DNA of 59,972 nucleotides from Candidatus Izemoplasma sp. GTDB taxonomy: Bacteria > Bacillota_I > Bacilli_A > Izemoplasmatales > Izemoplasmataceae. The notes below the pieces were generated by a model, which did not search any database, had not been told where the DNA came from, and saw only the letters and a list, made by a program, of their open reading frames with translations. The stretch's first letter is position 1. The number at the start of each line of letters is the position of its first letter. The stretch is from contig SKFS01000153.1 in assembly GCA_007117885.1 (NCBI GenBank), forward strand, positions 1-59,972, given 5' to 3'. A program made the position numbers and the translations under genes. This document shows, piece after piece, positions 8,831-17,772 of this stretch.

Positions 8831-11800
8831 GTCTAAAGTTTACTGATGCGCAAAAAAAAGCGATTCAACATACCGAAACATCCGTTTTAGTAAGTGCGGG
8901 CGCAGGGAGTGGAAAAACGGCCGTTTTAAGTGAACGTGTGATTGCCCATCTTAAACGAGGCGTTCCCTTGGATGCACTTGTGATATTAACCTTTACTAAC
9001 GCCGCCGCTAAAGAGATGAAGCAACGAATTCGTAAGCGGTTAGTGGCTGAAGCCGACCATCCGCTTATGCATCAAGCTTTAACGATGATTGATACGGCTG
9101 CAATTCAAACGTTTGATAGCTATGCATTGACCATTGTCCGAAAGTTTGGGTACTTAAAAAATCTTTCAAACCAAGTTCAAGTTGGCGATAAGGCGGAACT
9201 TGCGATGGTGAAAAATGAACTGATTGATACGCTTTTTTTGGAGTACTATAAGGCAAAAGACAAGCGGTTTTTAAACTTCGTCACACGATATGAGATTAAG
9301 GATGATCAGTTGTTAAAGACGATGCTTTATGATTTTTACCAGTCATTAACCATGCACGATGATTTCTTAGAACTGCTCGAACGGTATAAAAACGACGATT
9401 TAGAGACCTTATTTGACACCTTTTTCAGCCGTTATCAAACGATGATTTTTGAAGTGATTGAAGCGCTTCAAACAACCTGTCAAAACGCGCTGGAAGAAGT
9501 GAGTGAGGAAGAGAGTATTGCCTATATAGACGCGCATCTAAAAATGTTTTCTACTCTGTTTAACGCAGGAAACTATGAGGCGTGTTATGAGGCCGTTCAA
9601 GCGATAGATCGCTTGCCGACCTTAAACCGTGCATCGCACGCTTTGAGAAAGAAAGAAAACTTAGAGGAACTGGCATTACTTAATCATTATAAAGACGAAA
9701 TCAAAAAGTTGTATGGCGAGTTAAAAGATAGTTATTTAGCCAAAACCATTTCCCAACATCAAAGTGATTTCTTTGCTTCTAGAAAAGATTATCCGCTGCT
9801 TATTGAGATGATTGAAACCCTTGATCAACGTTATCAAGATTGGACATTTAGCCATGAAAAAATGGATTTTTCGATGATTGCGCGATTAGCTTTGATGCTT
9901 GTAAAAGAAGAACCTAAAGTTCAAGAAACACTGCGGTCTCAACTCGAGGAAATCATGGTGGATGAGTATCAGGATACGAATCGTCCCCAAGAATCCTTTA
10001 TCAATCGTTTAGGTGCAAAACGTATTTATAGTGTTGGCGATATTAAACAATCGATTTATCGCTTTAGACATGCAGAGCCACAGCTCTTTATGGAAAGATA
10101 CCATCGTTATCAAGCAGGGTCTGGAAGTGTGATTGCCTTAAACTTAAACTTCCGTTCAAGGGCGAAAATACTCCAAGGGATTAATCAACTATTTCGTCGT
10201 ATTATGGATGAACCGATTGGTGGTGTTGATTACACCAACGATCAAGAGCTTAAATACGGGAATCATGCTTATGACGATGCTGTCGAACCCAATTATCCGC
10301 AAGGATTAACCATCGCACTCTATGACACTGAGGAACCAGAGGTTCAACAGTATTTAACAAGCAATCAACTTGATGAATCCCTTATGGAGATATTTTATCT
10401 TGCAAAAACGATTAAAAATGAAGTGGGTCAACGACGTGTCTATGATGCTAAGACCAAACGATTGCGACCGTCACAGTATAACGACTATGCTATTTTAATT
10501 TCTGTCTCTAAACGCTTTGATGAGATTCGCAAAATCTTTGAGTACTGCGGCGTACCTTTAGCGATTCATCGTGATGAATCACTCATGGAGTATTACGATG
10601 TTGATCTTTATCGCAACACGCTCCGGTGGCTTTATGCGCTGCAAGATCGTGATTACTATGAGCGCCATGGGAAACATGTGTTTATGAGTGTTGCAAGGAG
10701 TTATGCTTTTAGTTTTACCGATGAGGCTATTGTGAAACAAAGCTATCGGATGCCGAAAAGTTTAGAAACTTTTGAGAGCACAGTTACCGTTGACTTTGTC
10801 GACTTTTTCACGCGTTTTAAAAGCTATGCAACACGGACAAAGTATGAGCCTATCGATCGGGTGTTTCGTGACGTTGTGAATGACTTTCAATACTATGAAG
10901 CACTGACTAAGGTACCGGACACTCAGATGGCTAAATCGCGGTTAGATCACGTCGTTAAAACGATCAATCGGTTTTCTCAAGAGCATAAGTTGCTCGGTGA
11001 TATCGTACGTTATTTCGATCGCATTCGCTTTGATGAGTTAGAGGTTTCCTTTGATGCGAGTTCAAAGACAATGGGGAATCACGTTCAGTTAATGACAATT
11101 CATAAATCAAAAGGGTTAGAGTTTCCGATTGTGTTCTTACCGAATCTCCATCGCGGATTTAATCGTGGTAACCAAAAAAGTTATGCTTTTGACCGTGATT
11201 TAGGCTTTATTTTAAGTCACGATGATGAAGGATTACAAAAATCATTTATTTATGATATGTATAAACAACAAGAACGTAAAAACGATATTTCAGAAAGAAT
11301 TAGAGTGTTGTATGTTGCCTTAACACGGGCTAAAGAAGCGTGTGTTATACCACTTATCAATACTTCTAAACATCGTTTTCGATATAACGCACAGCATAAA
11401 GTCATTGACTATGATCGCATTTATCATTTCAATAGCTATCATGCGATGATCTATGCAGTTTTACCCTTCTTAAAGGATGCGCAAACAACGATACATCTAG
11501 CCGATTATAATTTGAGTGATCAGTTTAAGTACGTTGCTTATGTTCACGAACCCGATGATCCTAAAATTCCTCGAAAAAGTTATCATAAAAGTGACTATCA
11601 AACTGTCGTTAGACAAAGCCATTCCTTTAGTTCAGGTATTAAGGAACTGATGACCTTAGAACAGTTTAAAGCCATCGAATATGGTCAACGCCTCCATGAG
11701 GTTTTTGAGCTAATACGATTTGACCAACCGCTTGAAAATCAAATGAGAACGATGGCTTTAGATGCCGCTACAGAGAAAATTGTTCGGGCGTTCTTTGAGA

Positions 11801-12075
11801 GTCAGCTAATGCAATCTTTATCGATCATTAACGCTTACTCTGAGTTTCCCTTCACCGTGTTGGATGAAGACCAAGATGTTCAAGGGTATATCGATTTATT
11901 GCTGGAATGTGACGATCGTTGGGTGATTATCGATTATAAACTAAAAGCGATTGACAAAGTTGAATATAGTGAGCAAATAAAAGGGTATGTTTCGATACTA
12001 AAATCGTTAAGCGATAAACCTGTTGAAGGATACTTATATTCATTTATGGACCAAAAATTCAAACCCATCATATGA
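8827..12075 (+). CDS. addA: AddA/RexA ATP-dependent helicase-nuclease subunit A
   Basis: SF1 UvrD-type motifs AGAGSGKT, VDEYQDTN, VGDIKQSIYRFRHA, MTIHKSKGLEF and LYVALTRAKE. C-terminal RecB-type nuclease block GYIDLLLECDDRWVIIDYKLK. Confidence 0.9.
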   Translation: MSLKFTDAQKKAIQHTETSVLVSAGAGSGKTAVLSERVIAHLKRGVPLDALVILTFTNAAAKEMKQRIRKRLVAEADHPLMHQALTMIDTAAIQTFDSYALTIVRKFGYLKNLSNQVQVGDKAELAMVKNELIDTLFLEYYKAKDKRFLNFVTRYEIKDDQLLKTMLYDFYQSLTMHDDFLELLERYKNDDLETLFDTFFSRYQTMIFEVIEALQTTCQNALEEVSEEESIAYIDAHLKMFSTLFNAGNYEACYEAVQAIDRLPTLNRASHALRKKENLEELALLNHYKDEIKKLYGELKDSYLAKTISQHQSDFFASRKDYPLLIEMIETLDQRYQDWTFSHEKMDFSMIARLALMLVKEEPKVQETLRSQLEEIMVDEYQDTNRPQESFINRLGAKRIYSVGDIKQSIYRFRHAEPQLFMERYHRYQAGSGSVIALNLNFRSRAKILQGINQLFRRIMDEPIGGVDYTNDQELKYGNHAYDDAVEPNYPQGLTIALYDTEEPEVQQYLTSNQLDESLMEIFYLAKTIKNEVGQRRVYDAKTKRLRPSQYNDYAILISVSKRFDEIRKIFEYCGVPLAIHRDESLMEYYDVDLYRNTLRWLYALQDRDYYERHGKHVFMSVARSYAFSFTDEAIVKQSYRMPKSLETFESTVTVDFVDFFTRFKSYATRTKYEPIDRVFRDVVNDFQYYEALTKVPDTQMAKSRLDHVVKTINRFSQEHKLLGDIVRYFDRIRFDELEVSFDASSKTMGNHVQLMTIHKSKGLEFPIVFLPNLHRGFNRGNQKSYAFDRDLGFILSHDDEGLQKSFIYDMYKQQERKNDISERIRVLYVALTRAKEACVIPLINTSKHRFRYNAQHKVIDYDRIYHFNSYHAMIYAVLPFLKDAQTTIHLADYNLSDQFKYVAYVHEPDDPKIPRKSYHKSDYQTVVRQSHSFSSGIKELMTLEQFKAIEYGQRLHEVFELIRFDQPLENQMRTMALDAATEKIVRAFFESQLMQSLSIINAYSEFPFTVLDEDQDVQGYIDLLLECDDRWVIIDYKLKAIDKVEYSEQIKGYVSILKSLSDKPVEGYLYSFMDQKFKPII

Positions 12076-12090
12076 AAGTGAGGCTTATCT

Positions 12091-12792
12091 ATGGCAGTTA
12101 TTTTGGAAAAAGTAGTTAAAACGTATGGCAGTAAAGAACTTCCTACACATGCTTTAAAAGGCATCTCTTTACGCATTGAAGAAGGTCAGTTTATAGTAGT
12201 CTTAGGCCCGAGCGGCAGTGGAAAAAGTACGTTGCTCAATGTGATGGGAGGCCTAGACAATGTCAATGACGGTAGTATTACTATCGATGGTTTTACGGTC
12301 ACAACCATGCCACAAAATGAACTGACACGTTTTCGCCGAAAACACCTTGGGTTTATCTTTCAACAATACAATCTTTTACAGACGTTGACGGTGAGAGAAA
12401 ATGTTGAAATAGGGGCCCGCTTAGTTGAGGAGGGGGGCGATACCGACGGGTTAATCGAACGTGTCGGTCTAAAAGATCACGCGCATAAATACCCTTATCA
12501 GTTATCCGGTGGCGAACAACAACGTGTTGCGATTGCGAGAGCACTCGTTAAAAATCCTAAGCTCTTGTTTTGTGATGAACCCACCGGCGCCCTCGATGAA
12601 GAAACCGCAAAAGAAATATTAGCGTTGTTGCAAGATTTGAACAATACGTTAAAAACAACCGTGATTTTGATAACCCATAATGCCAGTATCGGTCAAATTG
12701 CTGATCGTGTGATCAAGATGAACTCAGGAGAGATTAGTGACGATCATCTCAATCAAGAAAAACGTCATGCGAATGAGATTCACTGGGGGTAA
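12091..12792 (+). CDS. ABC transporter ATP-binding protein (MacB/LolD/FtsE-like)
   Basis: Walker A GPSGSGKST, signature LSGGEQQRVAIARAL, Walker B LLFCDEPTGALD. TAATG overlap with the downstream permease gene. Confidence 0.9.
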   Translation: MAVILEKVVKTYGSKELPTHALKGISLRIEEGQFIVVLGPSGSGKSTLLNVMGGLDNVNDGSITIDGFTVTTMPQNELTRFRRKHLGFIFQQYNLLQTLTVRENVEIGARLVEEGGDTDGLIERVGLKDHAHKYPYQLSGGEQQRVAIARALVKNPKLLFCDEPTGALDEETAKEILALLQDLNNTLKTTVILITHNASIGQIADRVIKMNSGEISDDHLNQEKRHANEIHWG

Positions 12793-15119
12793 TGATGTTT
12801 TTTAAACATGTATTTGTCACCTTTAAACAACAGTGGGTTCGCTTTGTCTTACTGGGCTTATTAATGGTTGTGAGTAGTTTTAGTTATGTTGTGATTAACG
12901 TCTCAACACGAAGTGTTCAAGAAGGCGCATTGCCGTTTTTTGAAACGATGAAGCAAGAAGAGTTTACTTTGTACATGAATCCCTTTATTACAGAAGAAGA
13001 GTTTTTTTCAATCAGTGCTTGTCGTTCCATTACAAACCCCTTGCTTGTCGATATTGAGAACCGCCATAAAGCCTGTTATGAAACGATTATTGATACACGG
13101 ATAGAAACCTTAAGAAGCGCCTTTGACAATCTAACGTTTGAGTATCGGTTTTTTAAAGATTTACGCTTTGAGCAAAACGGTGGAAACCACCGCCTTCGTG
13201 TTCTTAAAGACACCCAATCCATTAATCTTAGTTTGATCACAGAAGGGGTTGCCCCTACAACCGATGATCAGATTGCGATTAGTAAGAATTATGCCATAAA
13301 CAATCAACTTGAAATTGGCGACACACTCTCTATTGATCAAAGCCATTTTACGATTACAGGGTTTGTGCTTTTTCCCGATTATAATTTGCCGATTTTAGAT
13401 CAGATTTATTTGTTTGATACAGTTCATCAAACATTAGGATTGATGACTGATCAAGCGTTTACAAGCTTGAGTTCGGCACAGGATGGGTATATCTCCGGAT
13501 TATTTAACGGAACGATTCCTGATGATTTTGAAACACGTGTTGCCTCGTTTGAGTTTATTACCTATGCGGTGCTCACGGAAAACAATGTTCGCAGTGGAGC
13601 GATTTACGCAGAAATTGAAGCCGGGCAAAGCACAGGTCTTGCATTGAGTATACTGGTGGCTTTTATCGGTATAATGATTGTGATTGTAATGATTGTGAAA
13701 TCATTAGATCAAAGTCGCGGTGCAATGGGGATATTTAAAGCCTTAGGTGGTCGCGCCTCAGAGATGATGATTCCTTACTGTGTTGTGCTATCATTGTTTA
13801 CCGTCTTCTTTCTTTCAATCGGTGTTTATTTAGGTTATTTAACGGGTCCTTGGTTAAGGGATTTATACTTAATGTTTTACCTTTTACCAGAAGAAGCGGT
13901 ACGGATCACTTTGGGCGACGTATCCTTAGCGATTTTAGCCCCTTTACTCACTGTGTTGTTTCTGACTATTATTCAGTTGCGTAAAATCCTTAAGCAAAAA
14001 GCGATTGTCTTAATGCAACCTAAAGTTACGATCGTCAAGCCGAATCGCTTTCGCCGTTTACGGACTTTATTCGAACGATTTGAGATAAAAACGCGGATTC
14101 AAGTTGCTTTCCTATTACGCCAATACCGTAAAGTGTTGATTTATATCATCGGCGTCGTCTCAGCCATATTTCTAATGTTTTTAAGCATGGGTATGGTCAA
14201 CGTATTTGACCAATCTGTGATTGCCTATTATGAGTCTTCATCAATCCAAAGCGTTGTCTATTGTGATCGCTTCGATTGTGACCCTAAAGACTTTGATAAA
14301 GTGTTAGAAATTCCGGTCGTAATCGATGGGTTTGATGCAGTTTTGACAGCGATTGACGAAGACAATCAAACGCGTACGTTATATGATCGTCGCGGCAATG
14401 AGTTGAATTCTAAACTTACTCAGGGTCTTGTAATCACTAAAAGTTTCGCGGACTTAAGTCGCCTTAAAGTGGGGGATACTGTTACAGTAAGAGTTGCTAA
14501 CGAGCGACTTGATTTAACCATTCTTGGCGTTGCCGACTTGTATCCGGGAAACACCGTGTTTTATGATAGAGCGGTGTTAAGTCAATTGCTTTTTGATTTT
14601 GACGGGGTATTTAACTTACTTTATAGCTCAGAACGTATCGACGACGATTTATATCGAAACATTGTTCATGTGGATGAGATTATTGAACAGATCAGTTTTC
14701 TGAATCGTCTTGTTGAAACAATGATGGTATTTATCATGGTATCAGCTGGTATTATGGCTTTAATTATTATATACTTATTAACAGTATTAAGTGTTGAAGA
14801 CCAAACATATGAAATCTCTTTATTCAAAGTTATTGGTTATGACAGTAAAGAGATTTCGAAAATGGTTCTTGGTGGCTACCAAAAACTGAATGTTTTCTTG
14901 TTTATCCTTACGATACCCATCACTTTAGTGGCCTTTTATGTGTTACGCTTATGGATGATTCAAGAATTTGGTTTCTTCTTACCGATTCGAATGCAACTAT
15001 GGCATGTGCTCATCGCGCTGATTGTCTTTATAACCGTGTATGCCTTTGCAACGATGCGCGCTAAACACAATGTCGCCAAACGGTCACTCCAAGAAGCATT
15101 AAAAATCACGCAGATTTAG
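12792..15119 (+). CDS. ABC transporter permease with two FtsX/MacB-type 4-TM modules
   Basis: 775 aa. The pattern TM, large extracytoplasmic segment, then three TMs occurs twice (about aa 17-400 and 445-770). Translationally coupled to the ATPase gene. Confidence 0.8.
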   Translation: MMFFKHVFVTFKQQWVRFVLLGLLMVVSSFSYVVINVSTRSVQEGALPFFETMKQEEFTLYMNPFITEEEFFSISACRSITNPLLVDIENRHKACYETIIDTRIETLRSAFDNLTFEYRFFKDLRFEQNGGNHRLRVLKDTQSINLSLITEGVAPTTDDQIAISKNYAINNQLEIGDTLSIDQSHFTITGFVLFPDYNLPILDQIYLFDTVHQTLGLMTDQAFTSLSSAQDGYISGLFNGTIPDDFETRVASFEFITYAVLTENNVRSGAIYAEIEAGQSTGLALSILVAFIGIMIVIVMIVKSLDQSRGAMGIFKALGGRASEMMIPYCVVLSLFTVFFLSIGVYLGYLTGPWLRDLYLMFYLLPEEAVRITLGDVSLAILAPLLTVLFLTIIQLRKILKQKAIVLMQPKVTIVKPNRFRRLRTLFERFEIKTRIQVAFLLRQYRKVLIYIIGVVSAIFLMFLSMGMVNVFDQSVIAYYESSSIQSVVYCDRFDCDPKDFDKVLEIPVVIDGFDAVLTAIDEDNQTRTLYDRRGNELNSKLTQGLVITKSFADLSRLKVGDTVTVRVANERLDLTILGVADLYPGNTVFYDRAVLSQLLFDFDGVFNLLYSSERIDDDLYRNIVHVDEIIEQISFLNRLVETMMVFIMVSAGIMALIIIYLLTVLSVEDQTYEISLFKVIGYDSKEISKMVLGGYQKLNVFLFILTIPITLVAFYVLRLWMIQEFGFFLPIRMQLWHVLIALIVFITVYAFATMRAKHNVAKRSLQEALKITQI

Positions 15120-15127
15120 AGGTGTTT

Positions 15128-15994
15128 ATGAAAGAAGGTATTATAACTAAACTGATCGCAGGACAATACACAATTAAAGGTGACGATACGATCGACTATC
15201 AACTCAAACCACTCGGCGTTTTTCGCCACAAGGAGATTTCTCCTAAAGTCGGTGACCGTGTTGTTTTTAATCGTGATCATATTTTACAATTAAAGCCGAG
15301 AAGAAATGATTTAGTGCGTCCACCCATCGCCAATGTTGATCAAGCGATACTCATCCATTCAGCGGCTGAACCGGCATTTAGTTTTAATCTTCTTGACCGA
15401 TTTTTAGTGTTAGTTGAAGCGGAAGATATTACACCGATTATTATCGTTTCTAAAATTGATTTATTGCCTTCTAAAGAACTTCATAAACTGAAAGAGAAGT
15501 TAGCTTACTATGAAGATTTCTATCAGGTTTTTTACACCACTGTTCACGATCAAACAGCTATCGAACCTATCAAGGAAGTTTTACGTGATAAAATCAGTGT
15601 TTTTGCCGGTCAAACAGGAGCCGGTAAATCGAGTTTACTCAACGCACTTGATACAACCTTATCTTTAAAAATAGGGGAAATATCAAAAGCTTTAGGAAGA
15701 GGGCGTCACACCACACGGCATACCGAACTCTTAGCCCTTTATGGCGGTCTAGTGGCGGATACACCGGGCTTTTCTAAGCTCGATTTTCAATCGATAGAAC
15801 TCGAACTTTTACAGGCGCATTATCCCGATTTTGTTATCCTCTCTGAAGCGTGTAGATTTAGAGGGTGTCACCATATCAATGAGCCAAAGTGTGCTGTGAA
15901 AGAGGCTGTCGATAAACAACAAATCTTACCGTCACGTTACGATAATTATGTGCTAATTTATGAAGAAATCCAACAACAGAAAAAACGCTATTAG
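15128..15994 (+). CDS. rsgA: Ribosome small-subunit-dependent GTPase A
   Basis: Circularly permuted GTPase: VSKIDLL before GQTGAGKSSLLNAL. C-terminal zinc knuckle CRFRGCHHINEPKC. The MKEGIITKL start follows AGAGG. GTG 15122 is an alternative start. Confidence 0.9.
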   Translation: MKEGIITKLIAGQYTIKGDDTIDYQLKPLGVFRHKEISPKVGDRVVFNRDHILQLKPRRNDLVRPPIANVDQAILIHSAAEPAFSFNLLDRFLVLVEAEDITPIIIVSKIDLLPSKELHKLKEKLAYYEDFYQVFYTTVHDQTAIEPIKEVLRDKISVFAGQTGAGKSSLLNALDTTLSLKIGEISKALGRGRHTTRHTELLALYGGLVADTPGFSKLDFQSIELELLQAHYPDFVILSEACRFRGCHHINEPKCAVKEAVDKQQILPSRYDNYVLIYEEIQQQKKRY

Positions 15995-16005
15995 GAGTGA
16001 TAGAA

Positions 16006-16647
16006 ATGAAAATAGCCCCTTCTATATTGTCGGCGGATTTTAGTCGACTCAGTGAGGACATTAAAACAGTAAAGAGTGCAGAATGGTTGCATATCGATGT
16101 GATGGATGGCCATTTTGTGCCTAACCTTACCATTGGTCCTTTAGTTGTCAACGCCATCCGGCCTCATACAAACCAGTTTTTTGATACGCATTTAATGATC
16201 GCTGAACCGGAGAAGTATTATCAAGAGTTCATCGCTGCGGGGAGCGATGCCATCACCTTTCATATTGAGACCGTCCGTGACCCTAAAGCATTAATCGATG
16301 CCATTCATCAGGCCCAAGCAAAAGCTGGAATCTCTTTAAAACCAAAGACCGAGGTGGCCTCGGTTGAACCATATCTCGCCGATTTAGATTTAGTCTTAGT
16401 GATGAGTGTCGAACCAGGGTTTGGTGGACAAACCTTTATCGAGAACAGTTTGGAAAAAATTGAGAGATTAGCAAAGCTTAAGTTAGAACACGGGTACGAT
16501 TACGATATATCGGTCGACGGCGGCATCAATGATGAGACGGCAAAACGTTGTCTTTGTGCCGGTGCAACCGTCTTAGTTGCAGGGTCCTATATTTTCAAGT
16601 CAAAGGACCGTGAAAAAACGATCAAAGGACTTCGCAATGATCGTTAA
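16006..16647 (+). CDS. rpe: Ribulose-phosphate 3-epimerase
   Basis: MKIAPSILSADF, HIDVMDGHFVPNLT and VMSVEPGFGGQ motifs. The ATG at 16006 is preceded by AGGAG. Confidence 0.93.
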   Translation: MKIAPSILSADFSRLSEDIKTVKSAEWLHIDVMDGHFVPNLTIGPLVVNAIRPHTNQFFDTHLMIAEPEKYYQEFIAAGSDAITFHIETVRDPKALIDAIHQAQAKAGISLKPKTEVASVEPYLADLDLVLVMSVEPGFGGQTFIENSLEKIERLAKLKLEHGYDYDISVDGGINDETAKRCLCAGATVLVAGSYIFKSKDREKTIKGLRNDR

Positions 16648-17245
16648 AATATTTACAAATCCCCTATCATATACGCTTGATACTCTTTATCAAAAAGACA
16701 GTGAAGAAGTGTTGATTGGTGTTGAAGACGGCGCATATTTAGCAGTGAAGAAGGGCTTAAAACTCGATGTAGTGATTGGTGATTTTGATAGCTTAGATCA
16801 AACGAAAATTACTTTTGTAAAACAAAACGCTGCAAAAACGATTGAGTATCCTAAAAAGAAAGATTATACCGATACCTATTTAGCGGTCAAAGCAGCCTTA
16901 GAATATACGCCAGATGAAATTCAAATTTATGGGGGTATAGGAGCGCGTTTTGATCACACTTATGCGAATATTCTACTCCTTAATCTAGGACCGATTGTCA
17001 TGCTTGATGACAGCCATAAAGTCTATACTTTAGACCCTGGAGAATACACGATAGAAAACCGCTTTGAGTATGTATCACTGTTTGCTTTAGAAGATGTCAA
17101 GGGGCTATCTTTAAAAGGCTTTGCTTATAATTTAGATAAGTATGATTTAGCCATGGATGACCCGCTTTGCATATCCAATCAAGGCAGTGGAACGCTAACA
17201 TTTGACGAAGGGGTCTTACTTGTGATTGAAAGCAGTGATAAATAA
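16637..17245 (+). CDS. thiN: Thiamine pyrophosphokinase
   Basis: GDFDS motif (VIGDFDSL), about 200 aa, position after rpe as in Bacillus yloS. The start at ATG 16637 overlaps the rpe stop by 11 nt. The longer ORF-track start lies inside rpe. Confidence 0.8.
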   Translation: MIVKIFTNPLSYTLDTLYQKDSEEVLIGVEDGAYLAVKKGLKLDVVIGDFDSLDQTKITFVKQNAAKTIEYPKKKDYTDTYLAVKAALEYTPDEIQIYGGIGARFDHTYANILLLNLGPIVMLDDSHKVYTLDPGEYTIENRFEYVSLFALEDVKGLSLKGFAYNLDKYDLAMDDPLCISNQGSGTLTFDEGVLLVIESSDK

Positions 17246-17270
17246 AAAAAATACACTTCACGAGTGTATT
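17243..17270 (-). terminator. Second of two tandem terminators for rpmB (minus-strand sense)
   Basis: Stem aatacact/agtgtatt (17250-17257 and 17263-17270). The plus-strand A-run 17243-17250 becomes the T-tail on the minus strand. An A-run also follows on the plus strand, so it is a poor terminator for thiN. Confidence 0.55.
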
Positions 17271-17303
17271 AAAAAAAAGAGAGGGATATTCACATATAGA
17301 CAT

Positions 17304-17328
17304 AAAAAAAGCCGACCTCAGTCGGCTT
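17304..17328 (-). terminator. Rho-independent terminator after rpmB
   Basis: Stem aagccgac/gtcggctt with loop ctca. The plus-strand A-run 17304-17310 gives the T-tail on the minus strand. Confidence 0.8.
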
Positions 17329-17340
17329 AATTGTTAGTTA

Positions 17341-17529
17341 TTAAGCTCTGGTAAGGTTGTTTTTCTTTAAAGCGCGTGCTGAAACAAAAACGGTTTTAAC
17401 TTCACCGTTTTCAACGATTCTAATTTTTTGTAAGTTGGCTTTCCATTTTCTTTTAGAAGTATTTAACGCGTAGGAACGCTTATTTCCAGAAAGGATTTTT
17501 TTGCCAGTAATATAACATTCTTTTGCCAT
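17341..17529 (-). CDS. rpmB: 50S ribosomal protein L28
   Basis: [38 protein letters not shown]... is the L28 pattern. The ATG at 17529 is preceded by GGAGG. The ORF-track extension (MDYERRFI) is translated leader. Confidence 0.93.
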   Translation of the reverse strand: MAKECYITGKKILSGNKRSYALNTSKRKWKANLQKIRIVENGEVKTVFVSARALKKNNLTRA

Positions 17530-17772
17530 GATAAACCTCCGTTCATAGTCCATTCGATAGTTAACCTATACTATTTTATCACAAATGAAAAAGATTGCAA
17601 GTTTTTTTAACCTTTTTTTTGTGAACTGCAGGTCATCGTTTATTTGTTGCATTTCAAAATGTCTTATGATAAAATAAAGAAAGTCTTTTGATATTAAAAA
17701 TATTTTTTGATTTTTTATACTTGCATCTCAAAGTTTAATATAGAGACAATCGAATACAAACGGAGGTTTATT

